64,000 bases of DNA, taken from the NCBI GenBank assembly GCA_036172245.1, contig JAYWIR010000043.1, positions 1,426,001-1,490,000 of the forward strand. Direction: 5' to 3'. This document shows positions 25,571 to 37,592 of this stretch, one piece after another (the first letter of the stretch is position 1; the number at the start of each line of letters is the position of its first letter). Under the pieces are notes generated by a model, which had not been told where the DNA came from, did not search any database, and saw only the letters and a list, made by a program, of their open reading frames with translations. The stretch is from Raillietiella orientalis (taxonomy: Eukaryota). A program made the position numbers and the translations under genes.

Positions 25571-27229
25571 GTCAGCTGCAAGCACCCACCACCCCTGATG
25601 AGAGCTTTCACAGAGCTGCCCACCTCCAATGCTCGTATGCCAACACATATCAAAGGCAATCAGCAGGAGAAAGGGCATCATTCATGTGACTTAGACCCCG
25701 AGGCCTCGATGAAAGTGAATGCAAATAAAGCGTGAAAGACGCGCGTGCTTTCAAGGCTTCCACGCCGCTCGGGTCGGCTGCTTTGGGGCCGTCTTTCTGT
25801 GCAGACTGACTGCATCGGAGAACCCGAAGAAGACAGGAGAGAGGTCCGACCGACTAGAAGGAATCCCTTCATGGTAGGGAAGCTCCTTAGTGTTTGTTGC
25901 TTCCTCTTTCTTTCATTTCAAACTCTTCTCGGTCTGGTCGAATGGCATCACGAAGCAGCCTAAGAGGGTTGGGTCGACGTGGCAGAGTCAGATTCAAAAC
26001 CGAAATCGTGCAGGAAAGGAATTTCGCTTCACTTGACAGGGTTGCTAGAGCAACACCACGTCTGAGGATGGGAGCGAGCTGCTCCATCACTTGGTTTCCT
26101 CGAAAGAGAAACGAAGTAAGTACCAGGCCCCTTTCCAAAGCTCCAGATCTTACTGCTTGCAAGTACGAAAGTTCCACATGGAATGAGCACAGTTTTCAGG
26201 ATAGTGACCAAAGTAACGCCCAATCTGCAACGTGGTTTTGTGGACACTGCTTGAGTGGGGAAACACCTTAGTCTTTGACTCTGTGATTTCTTACAGTAGC
26301 TTGTTGCCTTCACCCCGGCCGGCGGAGCCAAGGAGAGGATCCAAGAGTCGAAAATCCCCTTCCACAGGGATGCAAATAACGAAATGCGGACGCAGCACCG
26401 GCAGCAGTGATGTGAGTGGCACGTGCTCCACTGATTTCATGAGCTGCCAAAGCAAGGAACGTTGGAATCCGAAGCGCAGGTTTCAGGTCAGAGGTTGGCG
26501 TGTTCCAATTTTAGTGTACGTACAGCCGAAGCGTGTGCAGGTCGGGATGTTCAAACGGAGCAGAGCGTTTCCAACGGAGGCTTCTGGACCACTTCTCATA
26601 CGCCTGCACGGGAAGCCATTGCTTGGCTCGCGTACGGATCGACGCAGAAGATTTCGAATGAAATCGAGAATTAACGGAAGCAGTAAAAGTAATTTCGAAT
26701 AATGTATCTCATATTCATGTGCAAAACTACGTAAATATTCAATCAAATTGAGTTATTTAATCTTCAATGCATCTCTTAAAGAAGAGAACTACTTTTTTCC
26801 TTTGTCAAATTGACGAGACAAATTGCTTGTAAGTTAAAAATAGAAAGTATTGTGCATCGTATAGCATAAATACATTTAGCTATTGATACTGCAATTAGTA
26901 CATTTGTATTTATTTTGGAATTTCCAATGACATTTATAATCCTTTCTTAGGGAAAAATGCAGGCACGCTTTCGCTTGAGAATAACCGCATTCTGGGCATT
27001 CACGAACATTCAGTGCATCCTAATGAGTAACGGGAAACGAAGCAAACACCTCGGACCCATACACCATTTTGAGGGAGCTGGGGTAGCTCAGCACAAATTG
27101 GCTATGCGGGCCCGGAAAGCTCAATCCTTGTTTGATTTACGAATTCGAAGGTGAATACCCTCGTTTCAGTTGAATGCGATACTTCGGAAATGCCTGGCAA
27201 CATCAGGAGATGGGGGATGGGTGGAGGGG

Positions 27230-27620
27230 AAAGGGAAGAAGAAGATTTCCATTGCAACAGAGGACTCCGGTAGGACCAGGAGCATTTCTTTGCGAAGAAC
27301 TGCGATCTCGAACGAGGTACGGAAACTCTTGCATTTTGCATCCATCAACACAGATGATACCAAGCGCATCTATCAACATGTCCTGATGAACTTGGGGGAG
27401 ATGGACCACGCCCTTTGGAAAAGCTCTCCGTTGTGGGAAAAGCAGCTCCCTGTTGATTTTCAGATCGTGAACCCCTGCTTCTGCCCTAGTGTTCTGCTTG
27501 GGCGGATGGGTTGGCTTTGTGATACTCCAGCTGTCAGCTTTCCCGACATCGGGATGGCAGCAGTACCGATGCCGGGAACCTTCAAGAAAGAAAGCAGTCC
27601 TTTCACTAGCTCCTGTTCCG
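27230..27620 (-). pseudogene. Second NACHT-like remnant
   Basis: FFLEG..VGK (Walker A-like), IICVDG (Walker B-like) and VLRKEML (cf. NLR LLRKxLL), in order. Confidence 0.35.
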
Positions 27621-28374
27621 GGACCGATCGACTCGCAGACCGCTTTTTGCAATGTCATTTCTCCTACTTTCGAATACTTTAACAGGCAAAAACCCGTAAC
27701 TCTCGATTTCAGAGGACCTTCCATCACCGCAGCTTCGTTTTCGTTTCCTTTCCACTAGAGCTCCATCATCTGTGAGAAGAGACCAGGGGTGCTATAGACA
27801 CGATATACATCTTTCCCATGTGGATGCATAATGCAAGAGTTCTATAAGTGTAGGGGAGAGGGGAGTGCTAAGTTTTCCTGCAAAGAGGAGACCACTGTTC
27901 ATCTTTTCCTTGAAAATTCGAGGACTTCCCCACCACAACAGACAGTGCTCCTAGACCAATTCAGAATAAAAAAAAGTGCCTCGAAGGCAAAAACGGGGAG
28001 GGCAAGGTCGGAAATCATCATCAGAAGATGAGATGCTAGGGCTATCGAGGAGGTCATCTCGGAATCCTCTTGAAGTTTCTGGGCGGCAGCGACACATGCA
28101 CCCGTTTTCCACAACTTACTGAGACCTTATCCAGAGCATCCTTTGATGAAAAGACGCCGCAGATTTCCCTCAGAGCGACTCACATTGTGCTCTGAGAGAA
28201 GCATACAGAGTCCGGAAGGGAACGTCCGGCTAGAGGACCGACACCGAACATCGCATATGAAGGTCTGCATGCAACTCCGCCTGGTCGCGTGTAGTTCGCG
28301 CTTGTAGAATCCTCCAGCCTGGGAACCAGTTTTAGGCTGGAAAGTGCAGATTCTAGATCTGAGAATCTCATGCC

Positions 28375-29030
28375 ACATGGAGAAGCAGGGAAGAGCAGCT
28401 ATGGACCAGAAATGGTGAATCCTCCATCACGTACCATGGAGCTGGTTGATGCCTCCTCGAGGAGTTGCCTCTCCAGAGTGTGAACAAGCGCGCTGTTCCC
28501 TTGGTAGAAAATTCGAAAGAGTCCCTTCGGGGTTCTCTTCAGAGGAGGAGGGAACAAGGAGTGGTTCATTTCAGGGTGCCCTCCAGAGAAGAAATTCCAG
28601 GAGCGGATCCTTTTGGGGTTCTCTTCGGTGAAGAATGAGGACTGGACCTCTCTGGAGGGTCCCTCTAGAGAGAATAAGTAAGAGGATTCTTCCCAGGGGT
28701 AAAAAGACAGGAACCCTTTCTCCATAGTCTTTCTGGATTCATAGGGTGGTCTCTCCGAGGTTGTTCTTTAACTTGAAGAGTTACACTGACCCTCGGGTGG
28801 CGTGGACGGTGCTCGAAGAGCTTCGTAAGCGTCCCCACTAAGAAGGAGGACGGTTCTTCGGTACTTTGCAAACCAACAAAAAAGGAAACACGAAAAAAAA
28901 AAAGAAAATCTGGAAGGAAACAGCGAAGCAGAAGAAACCTAAAGGATTTCCATCATATTAGGACAGCAGTAACGATCTACCCGTGGGATCTCTACCGGCC
29001 TTTTTTTTTTTTTAAAAAAAAAAAAAAAAA
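28375..29030 (+). mobile_element. Family B 3' portion with T13A17 tail
   Basis: FG-repeat region, stop TAG 28742-28744, conserved 3'UTR, ends ggcc-T13-A17 (29001-29030). Confidence 0.85.
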
Positions 29031-30599
29031 GAATAGTGCATTCACGTTTTAGTATGAGACAGCATGAGCATCTTCTTCAACCTTTCCTTTTCATGCATCG
29101 TGTGAATGATTTGGTGCACTTTCAAATGGGTCATCCGTGAGGATTACATCGGAATCCCATCCCAAACCGGGTGGGTCAGGAGAGGATTGAGTTTGCTCAG
29201 CTGGCGACGGAGAGACGCTGGAGAATTCGCTTCGTCCAAAAGTAGTTGTCCGGAGACCGAAGTGCGGATGCAGATAATCTGTCCTAGGAGTCGAGGCTTG
29301 ATGAGAGGGTCCATGCAATCTGTGCTGCTGAAGAGCAGGATGGTCACTAATGTCAAGATAGGTAGGGGAGCAGAAGACGCGGGTGCGCTGATGCAGTGCG
29401 CTTTTTGATTAGGGAGGGCTTCTTAGAAAGGGTCTGTGGTTTTTGTGCGTTTTGGCAAGGTGGATGAATGAGAGGAAGTCAGACGGAAAACAAGGACTCT
29501 GATCAGCGTCTGTGGTTTCTGTTCCGAATTTCAAGGCACGTTTATTGATGGAGTGTTAATGAGACACGCTGTCAACGCTCAAGCGGGAAGCCGAAAACGT
29601 GAGATCTCCAGTGCTCGTTGCCACGTAAGGTCCAAGGGAGGAGAGATTTATCTGGTGGAAAGAGAGATTCTCCACGAAAACAGTGTAACCGTCGATTATA
29701 TGCATGCTTTGTTTTCTTAAACTTCCTTGAGGAGAAAAACTGCAGGCTTCAGAAGTGAGTGATGACTTTTTTCTTCGGCACTCCTGGGTTTTCTTTCATA
29801 TTTTCCGGAACTAAAAAAAAAACCAGGGATGGGGGGATCGGATCAGAATATGAGTCCCAGTGAAACCGCTTCTTCGGGAAAAAGGAATCCAGCGAAGGCG
29901 TGTTTTTGCGCCCCCAGCTGAGCGGCGTTCGTGCCTCTGCAAAACGCGCTCAGATGTCTCAAATTCCGCGTGCAGTTTCCCTGAGGGGAACCGTTTTTGC
30001 AGGATCGCCAGCTGAAACTGATGCTTCTAGCCTGCCCTCGCAAAGCAGAGATTTGGAGCGACGGAAGGAGTGGCACTCAGTAGGCTCTCCCCTCTGGATA
30101 TTTCGTTCCTTTCGTCTGGTGAGCTCCCTCACAGCGAACGAAGTTCACGAGTTCTTCACTTTCGTGCCCACTTCGTTATGCCGAAAAATCACTCTTGGAA
30201 GATCCAGGATCTTCCAAGAGATACTTCAAGAATAATCCCACCCGGATGGAAGATCGACTGGCAAGGAAACGTGTGGGTACCAATAAGGAAGCAAAAAGTG
30301 ACGGCATATGGCGAAGAGCGTAACCTTTTCCCAATGACAACAGCATCCAAGGACTTGGAGACAATGCTGTTCCTACGAAATGAAGAAGAAAAAAGGAGAA
30401 AAAGAAGAAAGGAATCCTTCAGAGCTGTTGAAAGCGAAACGACTCCAGAGGGTTGGAATGGTTACTTTGTGTCATAGCCAATCATGGTTCCAGCCTTGGG
30501 ATCCTAAATTACTGCTTCTCCTGAGACGGTGAAGAACGCTGGGCTCTGAAACCGACACCACAGAATGGGTTTAGTGCCACTTCACTAACTGCATTTATG

Positions 30600-32130
30600 G
30601 ATTCCACTAGGTATTGGGCCGGAGTGAAAGAAGTCTGGTTTCAATGGATCGAGGAAAAGGAAGTCTCGCCTTCATGCGCATGCGCTTGCCCCCAAAATTC
30701 GCCCCCTCAGAGAGGGATACATGGGTCCCCGGAACACAGGGGTACAGGGGGAGACTTCCCGCGTTTCTTCGCCGCGCCGTGTTCGGCAGAAGAAGGATGT
30801 GCACCTTTCATCGCTCAGGAAGGTGCGACACCCGAGCGGTCCTTCCAGCGTTGTATTCCAGCAGCCGAAAAGTACAGGTGGCGGAGTACATTCCAGCAAA
30901 GAATGATCCAGGTGCCGATTCCCGGTTTGGAGGAAGGAGAGATGATGGTGGACCTGTCTAAGGGCCAGGTGGATACTCCCGGAAATCTGTTTACGGTCGG
31001 AGGCAGGCATCCACGCAGGCTTCCTCCATCTCGAATTTTTTTCAAAAAGAGCATCTTCCGAGAATCACACTGATTTACAGAATCGACTCGGGATCGCGAC
31101 CGGAGAGAAAGAAAGAGAACCGTTCATTACTTTACTGCATTATGGCTCCTCTTGAGAATGTTAAGCGGAGTTGTGGAAGCGCATGCATTTCCTAATGGAT
31201 GATAAACCCCATTTGTCGGTGTAATGGATGGGCAACATGATCAGGTCAACAGGAGATGTGAGTTTTTCCCCTCCCTGCAAAGCAAGACGCTTCATACGAG
31301 GAACCCAACAAGAGTGATCTTCTCAAGAGTGATTTCGTTCCTCAAGCCGCAAGGGTAGATCTCTGCTCCTTCCCGCAGCACTGCTCATGTGCATCGCTAA
31401 TCATTATCCTGATTGAATCGAGGATCTCCAAGGAGATCCTTGCACGTGCGCAAACGGATGCAGGGCATGTACTCGCGTCGCGGTGACGCACGCGACCATG
31501 GCAAAATCCTTGCCATTATTTGCAGTCTGCGATGCAGCGGAGAAATCGGAGTTGGAGGCTTTGGGAGATGCAAGCGAGAGGAACCGGTCCTGCCCTATTG
31601 ACGCCAGACGTTTCCAGGAAACGGCGCGGCCAAAGCTATCGATTCGGGAAAGTCAACTGCAGCATTTCTACGGGGGGGAGTCAGGGAAATACAGGAGGAA
31701 TCTTAGTTCAGAGAGAGACTGGCTCTGTGAATTCTCACTCAGTGTGAGGCTGCGGTCTCACCGTGGCATCTCTGGAGCCTTTCGCGATCCCGACTGTTTT
31801 CGCTTTCATCGTGCGCTGCTCTGCTTGCCTTGTGTCCCCATCTGCCGCTGAAGAATGCCGCAGGGATTGAGGTGCTAAGGAGTTTCGGAGTACTGAGACA
31901 CAACCTAGGTCATCGAGTGAGGCAACTTCTTCGAGCTCTGCACCAGAAAGCATCAGAGGTCTTCGTTGGATACATCAGGAAGGCAACGCACGGACGCTCC
32001 AAATCGAGGCTTTTCATTCAACTTGTCCTTTGATCGTGACACGCCTTCACTCCGGTAGCAGTGATGCTGTGCATTAAGGTATCCGAAAGCAAGGAATACC
32101 CTGTGCGTAGTGAGTTCCGAGAAGAGGGGA
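30600..32130 (+). pseudogene. Possible zinc-finger/WWE PARP (PARP12/ZAP-like) remnant
   Basis: FLRR..GRRRMCTFH (CCCH-like), YRW..MMVDLS (WWE-like), RNRSWRLWEMQ (cf. RIQNxxLWE), HFYG, EVFVGY and EYP, in catalytic-domain order. Confidence 0.35.
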
Positions 32131-32518
32131 CTGCATAAGAATACTCGAGGAAGCTGTCCATTTGAAAGACCAGCGACAGCGTTCCAGAAGGCTAGTGAAC
32201 TAAAAGACGAAACATACTGGAACCATGCGGTCCCCTGTTCACTCTAAGAAACCTGAGGACCAGTCAGCGCGATCATCGTCAGGTCGTCAGAATTCTGAAA
32301 TTCTTGGAACGGCGATGTTGTACAAGAGATGAAAATGCCAAGACTTATGCAAACCAACTCTTTTTACCTAAAGATTGCACAGAGTGAAGGGTTTGGGATC
32401 TGCACGTCGTTCACCATCTCCATGTCTTGTCCGTGTGGCGTGATGATGGCATCATCTCCCAAAACTCCTCGCCCACATCTTCATCAGCTGGTACCAGTTC
32501 TCCTTTAACATCTGTGTT

Positions 32519-32575
32519 TCTCCAATTTCCATCTCCTCTCTCTTCATACTTTTACTTCCCTCTCTCCTACCTTAA
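32519..32575 (+). pseudogene. 3' end of a mitochondrial CDS, probably nad2
   Basis: SPISISSLFMLLLPSLLP* (TAA 32573-32575). Identity inferred only from position and hydrophobicity. Confidence 0.4.
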
Positions 32576-32601
32576 CCACTACCATTCACCATTCAATCCC
32601 A

Positions 32602-32668
32602 TCTACAAGTTACATCCAACATATCTCCTAAACTCAAATTTTAGTGTGCATCCTACACTACCTTGTAA
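32602..32668 (-). tRNA. trnQ: mt tRNA-Gln(TTG) pseudogene in NUMT
   Basis: Acceptor ttacaag/cttgtag, D-stem gtg/cac, anticodon arm ctaaa-atTTGag-tttag. Confidence 0.85.
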
Positions 32669-32684
32669 TCACTGTAACAAAATC

Positions 32685-32729
32685 AATTCTTACATAGCAT
32701 AGAACTTGCAATTCTACAAACTCAAGAAC
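32685..32729 (-). tRNA. trnC: mt tRNA-Cys(GCA), apparently lacking both D and T arms (45 nt)
   Basis: gttcttg-agtttg-tagaa-ttGCAag-ttcta-tgctatg-taagaat-t. Confidence 0.75.
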
Positions 32730-32749
32730 ACCACCGTCATCTAACTTAA

Positions 32750-32809
32750 TGGTAAAAGATTTCATCGTGAATAAATTTACAATTTACCGCTTTCCTCAGC
32801 CATTTTACT
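32750..32809 (-). tRNA. trnY: mt tRNA-Tyr(GTA) pseudogene in NUMT
   Basis: agtaaaa-tg-gctgaggaaagc-g-gtaaa-ttGTAaa-tttat-tcac-gatgaaatc-ttttacc-a. Confidence 0.9.
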
Positions 32810-32827
32810 CTGCCCAACTTCTCCTTA

Positions 32828-32883
32828 AAGATTACAAGTTAAGTAAGGCTACTAACCTTCAAAGTTAGAAATATAAAATCTTA
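32828..32883 (+). tRNA. trnW: mt tRNA-Trp(TCA), T-arm replaced by a 7-nt loop
   Basis: aagatta..ctaac-ctTCAaa-gttag-aaatata-aaatctt-a. Confidence 0.85.
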
Positions 32884-32891
32884 CGAACCTA

Positions 32892-33026
32892 ATACAACGA
32901 TGACTCATATCTACCAACCACGAAGACATCGGAACCTTATACTTCATTTTTAGAATCTGAGCTGGTGTCCTAGCCACCTCGCTCAGACTCATTATCCGAC
33001 CAGAACTTTCCCAACCAGGTTCTCTG
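32892..33026 (+). pseudogene. cox1: cox1 5' fragment (45 codons) in NUMT
   Basis: Invertebrate mt code: [45 protein letters not shown]. The HKDIG->HEDIG and GIW->SIW changes suggest decay. Confidence 0.97.
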
Positions 33027-33859
33027 GGTTCCTTCACTGGATGGACGCCTCAGTTTCTGCTTTCAATGGATATCTCGGCTAGGCTGGATGTTGGAGGTGT
33101 GATAAGGGGGGAAGGTCTCATTTTGTTAGGATATAGCCACAGGATCTTCAGCTATCTCATCAGCTCTTCAATTTGAGAACCATGACGTTCCCGGAACTTC
33201 AGAGAATCAACTTTTAGTTTTCCAGCCATTACCTGAACATCCGTGGTCGATAAGGGAGCTCTTTGTCTTCAATCTCCTTTTTTTCTCGATCACTACTAAA
33301 GGTGCCATGAGTGCTCTCCAAGAAGCGACCAGGATGAACTCTCTTCTCCCCTTGCTCAGAACGTGATCTGGATGGCGACGGGGGATCCACCTCAGGGGTG
33401 AGCTTTTTGCTCTCTTTGATTGCTGCCTCCCATGGGTGAAGCAGTGAGTCACCAAGAGGTCGATTCTTGCATACTCGCCGAGGAATGTTCCCCGCCTCTG
33501 GAGGTGCTCAGGTGAAATGTTCTGGAGGTGCTTTCACTCGTAAAGGTGAAAACCAGTTCCGATGAGGTATGCGGTGGGAATTGCAACTCAAGGATGAGTC
33601 CCCTTGTGAGGCTCTGCTCGTGAAGTTCGACGCAGAAGTTCTGCCCTGAGATGCAAGCGTCTTCTCTTCCTTCAGCGAGGAGAAAAACCTGGAAATTCCC
33701 TCTCAATAATTCTGTAGTGAACCCGGTGCCTTCAAATCCTGGATACTCTTAAGTTTTGCTGCAATCAGGAACAATAGGTCGCAGGTGGTTTGCGCGCTCC
33801 TCTCAAGTCGGAGATCAGTATCCAATATCTGACACCTTTGGATCAACACGCTGATCGGC

Positions 33860-35243
33860 TGATAAAGTCTTTTGAGCCCATAGCTTCCCAGATAAGTTCA
33901 GCTCATCCTGCTAATGTTTCTCCAGCCTTCGCACCCTTGAAATGGATACCTCGCTCTCTGAAGACGCAGCCACAATGCCCCCCATTTTGGAGGTCACCGT
34001 CCCTCGCACGTGACAGAAGATCGCCAGAGAGAAGGCAACCGGCCTGTCCGAGAACGTGAACTCTCTTCCGAGGTGGTCCTGAAGGCAGCAGCCCCGCGAT
34101 GCCGTGTCTCTTGGGCGTTCCCGGAAACGCAGGCGGGAAGATTTCCCCCCTTCCGCAATGGGTGCCTTCCATGGGTGTATACGTGGTGCTGTTCCTCGTT
34201 CTGAGGGAGATGGTCGCGCACACGTAGTGAAAACAAGGGAGGAGGGCCAAGAGATCAGAAAATCCACGATCTCGAAGCTTCCTCGCAGAGCTTCAGGAAA
34301 CTCGATTCAGCTTTGCGGTCCCAGAAAGAAGTGTTAGGGGCGGGACTTAGAGCTCCAGCCGCGTTCTCCTCCCTCCTGCTATGGGCTTGACGAACCGCGG
34401 GGTATCAGCAGGGTACTTCCCAAGCTGCAGGAGAATTCACTTCTCCTTCTTCCTGACCATGCCGGAGAGGTCAGCATGAATGGCCTGGAGGTGCACCCAA
34501 GAAAACAGGTTCATAACCGCCCGGGATTTCGTCGAGAGGTTTTCCGAGCGATCGGTGACTCTGTGGTTAGGGAAGGGTGGTCTAAGACTAGTAGAAGCGG
34601 GAAAACCATGCAGGAGGACAGCGAACTGGAAAGAATGGGTGCTGAGCTTGAAAATTAGGTCGGGATCTCCCACGAGCACGGATACCGGCCCTCGCTTGCA
34701 CAGGATGTTTTCCCTCCCCAAGAGAGGACGTTTCGATGAGTCCCTGAACGCGAAAGAGTCGCTCGAATGGATCGAATGGTTCCACCTCCCCTTCTTCGTC
34801 CGAGACGCCCAGCCTCCAGCCGCCTCGCTTGCAGCCCTGTGCTGCCTATGCGGGATCGTCGTGGCATGGAGCAAAGCGACGGGAGGATTCAGCGACAGGG
34901 ATGCCACCGTGTACGCCGCCCGCTTCCTGAGGATGGCGACGCGATGGCCCCATCTGAAATCCACCATCCAGCAACAGCTTGCCGGCATCCTCGAGAGGAT
35001 GACGGACCCTCCCAGCAGACTGTGATCCCTTCCCGTTCCCTCCCCAGTTTTGTTTATTTTTTTGTTTTCTTTTTGTTTCACTCCCCCTCCCCTCTGCTGC
35101 CGAGGTCGACTGCACAGGTCTGAGCACCGGTAGCCCGGCAGGCTGGAAGTTTCTAGGGCGTGGCTGGACTACTGGTCCAGTCACAGATTATAGAGGCTTA
35201 TTCGAAAGAATAAACGTCCCGGAGCAACCGGGTTTCAATCGAA
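33860..35243 (+). mobile_element. Family A LINE 3' fragment with complete 3'UTR
   Basis: FFVRDAQPPAASLAALCCLCGIVVAWSKA..RWPHL..* (stop 35025), T-rich tract, hairpins, AATAAA 35209-35214. The 5' boundary is uncertain. Confidence 0.8.
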
Positions 35244-35639
35244 TGTTCCACCGGGACTCTGGACTTGTCCCGGAGCTCCGCGAGGCCGTGGTGCGCAACC
35301 GCATCGCTCTGCTGGTTCCAGAAAATTCCTCTTCCCGTTTTCTTCTTTGCAGCAAATGCGGCGAGGCAGGAACACTGGGCAGACGAACTGCCACCTCAAG
35401 CCCACAGCAAGGGACCACGTGTTGCGTAGCAGCAGTCGCACTCCTTCGTCAGAGATCGCGATCCGCTTATTCCAGCGTTGAAGCTGAACCTGTGCGCGCG
35501 CGTTTTTTCTTCCTGTGCCGAGTCCCCTAATAATCTTTGAATGCACTCTTCTGGATCTGTCTCGGTGATTTATACTTTACATCTTCCAGGCAACTGGAAT
35601 TGTCGAATGGACCGCGTGTCTGAAACTCTGCCCTCATAA

Positions 35640-36770
35640 CCGAGAAGCGAAGCACAAAAAGGAAATTCCAATTACCCCTACCCTAATCCCGTTCCTTCCA
35701 GACGAGAAAATTATCTGTTCTCGAATTCTTCGGCCGAGATCGTGGATATTGATTTAAAATCTTATTTGGTGCCTTTCGCGAGAAATTTGGAATCTTCTGA
35801 GCACGCGAAAATCCCCTTTTGGGAATGACTGGATGGGAAAGGATTCTGGTCCTTCTCTGGCAAGCTGCTGATGCTTTAGCGCCGTGCGGGTCTTTCCGGG
35901 GCGGTGTGAAGCGGTTTGGGAGTGCCCAGACCTTTGCCAAGGGGACGCGCTCACTCCAGTTCATGACCATCTGTAGCGAAACTCTGGCCATCACCAAAGA
36001 GTTCAGGAGGAGTAAGGGCTATGTTCCCAGCATCCCAGAGACCTTCCGTGAAGCGCTTTTGCACTCCCCGTGCTGAGGTCGATGACCGATGGCTATCGCC
36101 ACTGCCAACGAATGCTCATCATCGTCGTTGGGTTCTCCTGTTTTTGCCTTCCGCAGTGGAGTTCACGAGGAAGAAACGAGCGCTGCTCGGCCCTCTTAGA
36201 GAGAACCCCCGGATTGCGTGGCGAGCACCAAACCATCAATCCAGGAACCAATCAGGATTGCTTTTTCGGTTCCGTCACTTAACTTCTCGAAGTTTCTTCT
36301 TTCTGCATCCGAGATGGTTGTTTTCGGTTTTCGCTGCCTGGTTGTTCAGATCACCGCCGTCTTGCTGGGGCACACGGCTCCTCTTCGGAACAAGGAACTC
36401 CGCCACGCCTCAGAGGAAAGGAACCCCCAGGGACGTCCTCCACTTCTCGAAGGTAGCGGGAACCCCTTATGAACGTGCCGACGGAATGGGTCGGGCTCTG
36501 GAAACACCCCGCACGGGGCACTTCAGTCTTCCACGCGGCGCCAGACGCACCCATTCCAACAGAATGCCAACCTTGCAGGGTTTCCCAGCTGCCTCGCCAC
36601 CGTCGGCGATTCACTGCTACGTGCGAGAAGAGAAGATCGGCAGACCGCGGTAAGGGCGCGGCCCTCATCGCTGGCCGTTTCCTGCATGCGAAGAACAACA
36701 GTGAAATGACCCAGTCTGGCTGTGTGGTGGGGTACGAGAGAACGACTGCGGGCAGACTGGGTCGAGATAA
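35640..36770 (+). mobile_element. Degenerate LINE ORF2 post-RT/C-terminal fragment
   Basis: IPFWE..SGLGVP (FxW..GGLG), VLLGHTAP and AALIAGRFLH segments. Confidence 0.4.
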
Positions 36771-37295
36771 GTAAACCCATCTCCTCTCTCATCCCTTTCC
36801 TGCTTGACGCAGACCCTCGCGAGTCGTGTTTACCAGCGGGCGAAGGGCCCATTCCGCTCCTCATTCATTTATTGCTGCCAACGCTTCATCTTCTAACGCT
36901 TCATCCTAGTTCTGCTCCCGGTGAAGGTGATCCTTTTTGTTTGGGGCTGGCACGCATCGGTCCTTTTCTAGCTTTTATTTCATTATTTATTCAAAAAAAA
37001 ATAAAAAAAAATAAGTCGGCGCGTAAGGGCAGGAAGCTCAGTGTCCGACTTTTTCGCGCATCCACATTCCTCTTTGCGCCTCCAAGTTTAAATTGCTCGG
37101 CAAAGAAGAAATATCAAAAGCTAAGAGAAATATGCAGTGGAATTACAGTATGTGTGGTTCCTGTATGCATGATGAGTGTAGATGTATTTTCATCTGCCCA
37201 TTTTTTTTTATTTTTCATTTTACGGCCCGCCACGTGATGGCGTCGGGAGAGTGGCCAGCTTGAACTTCGGCTTGCTGCGGTAGGTGTTCATCTCT

Positions 37296-37592
37296 TCATA
37301 GCACAGCATCAGCAGCTCCTCCTTGGCGAAGCTCAGCGGATTCCGTGGCTCCAGCTTCTCGTCGACGAACATCATCTCGCCGACCTACACGCCCCACCAG
37401 GGCCCGGACGTCCCCGTGCAGGTCGAAGACGCGCACCTCTCCCTGGAGATCATTATCCTTCCCCCGCCCGATCTTCCCCTTCGCCTGCAGGAACTCCGTC
37501 ACCACCGTCTCCGGTATCTTCGGCAGCGGTAGGAGTCCTCCCGGGGGCTGTCCTCGAGCTTCGACTTCCCCTGGGGAGAGCTGGGGGCGCAC
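37296..37592 (-). pseudogene. LINE ORF1 RRM-like fragment
   Basis: LLPLPKIPETVVTEFLQAKGKI..VRVFDL resembles the ORF1 pattern LPxxIPxxxVxxFLxxYGxV. Confidence 0.4.

Larger units (their letters stand above)
32515..33026 (+). pseudogene. NUMT (nuclear copy of mitochondrial DNA)
   Basis: Abrupt G-poor composition, four mt-type tRNAs and the start of cox1 in the invertebrate mitochondrial code. Confidence 0.95.
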
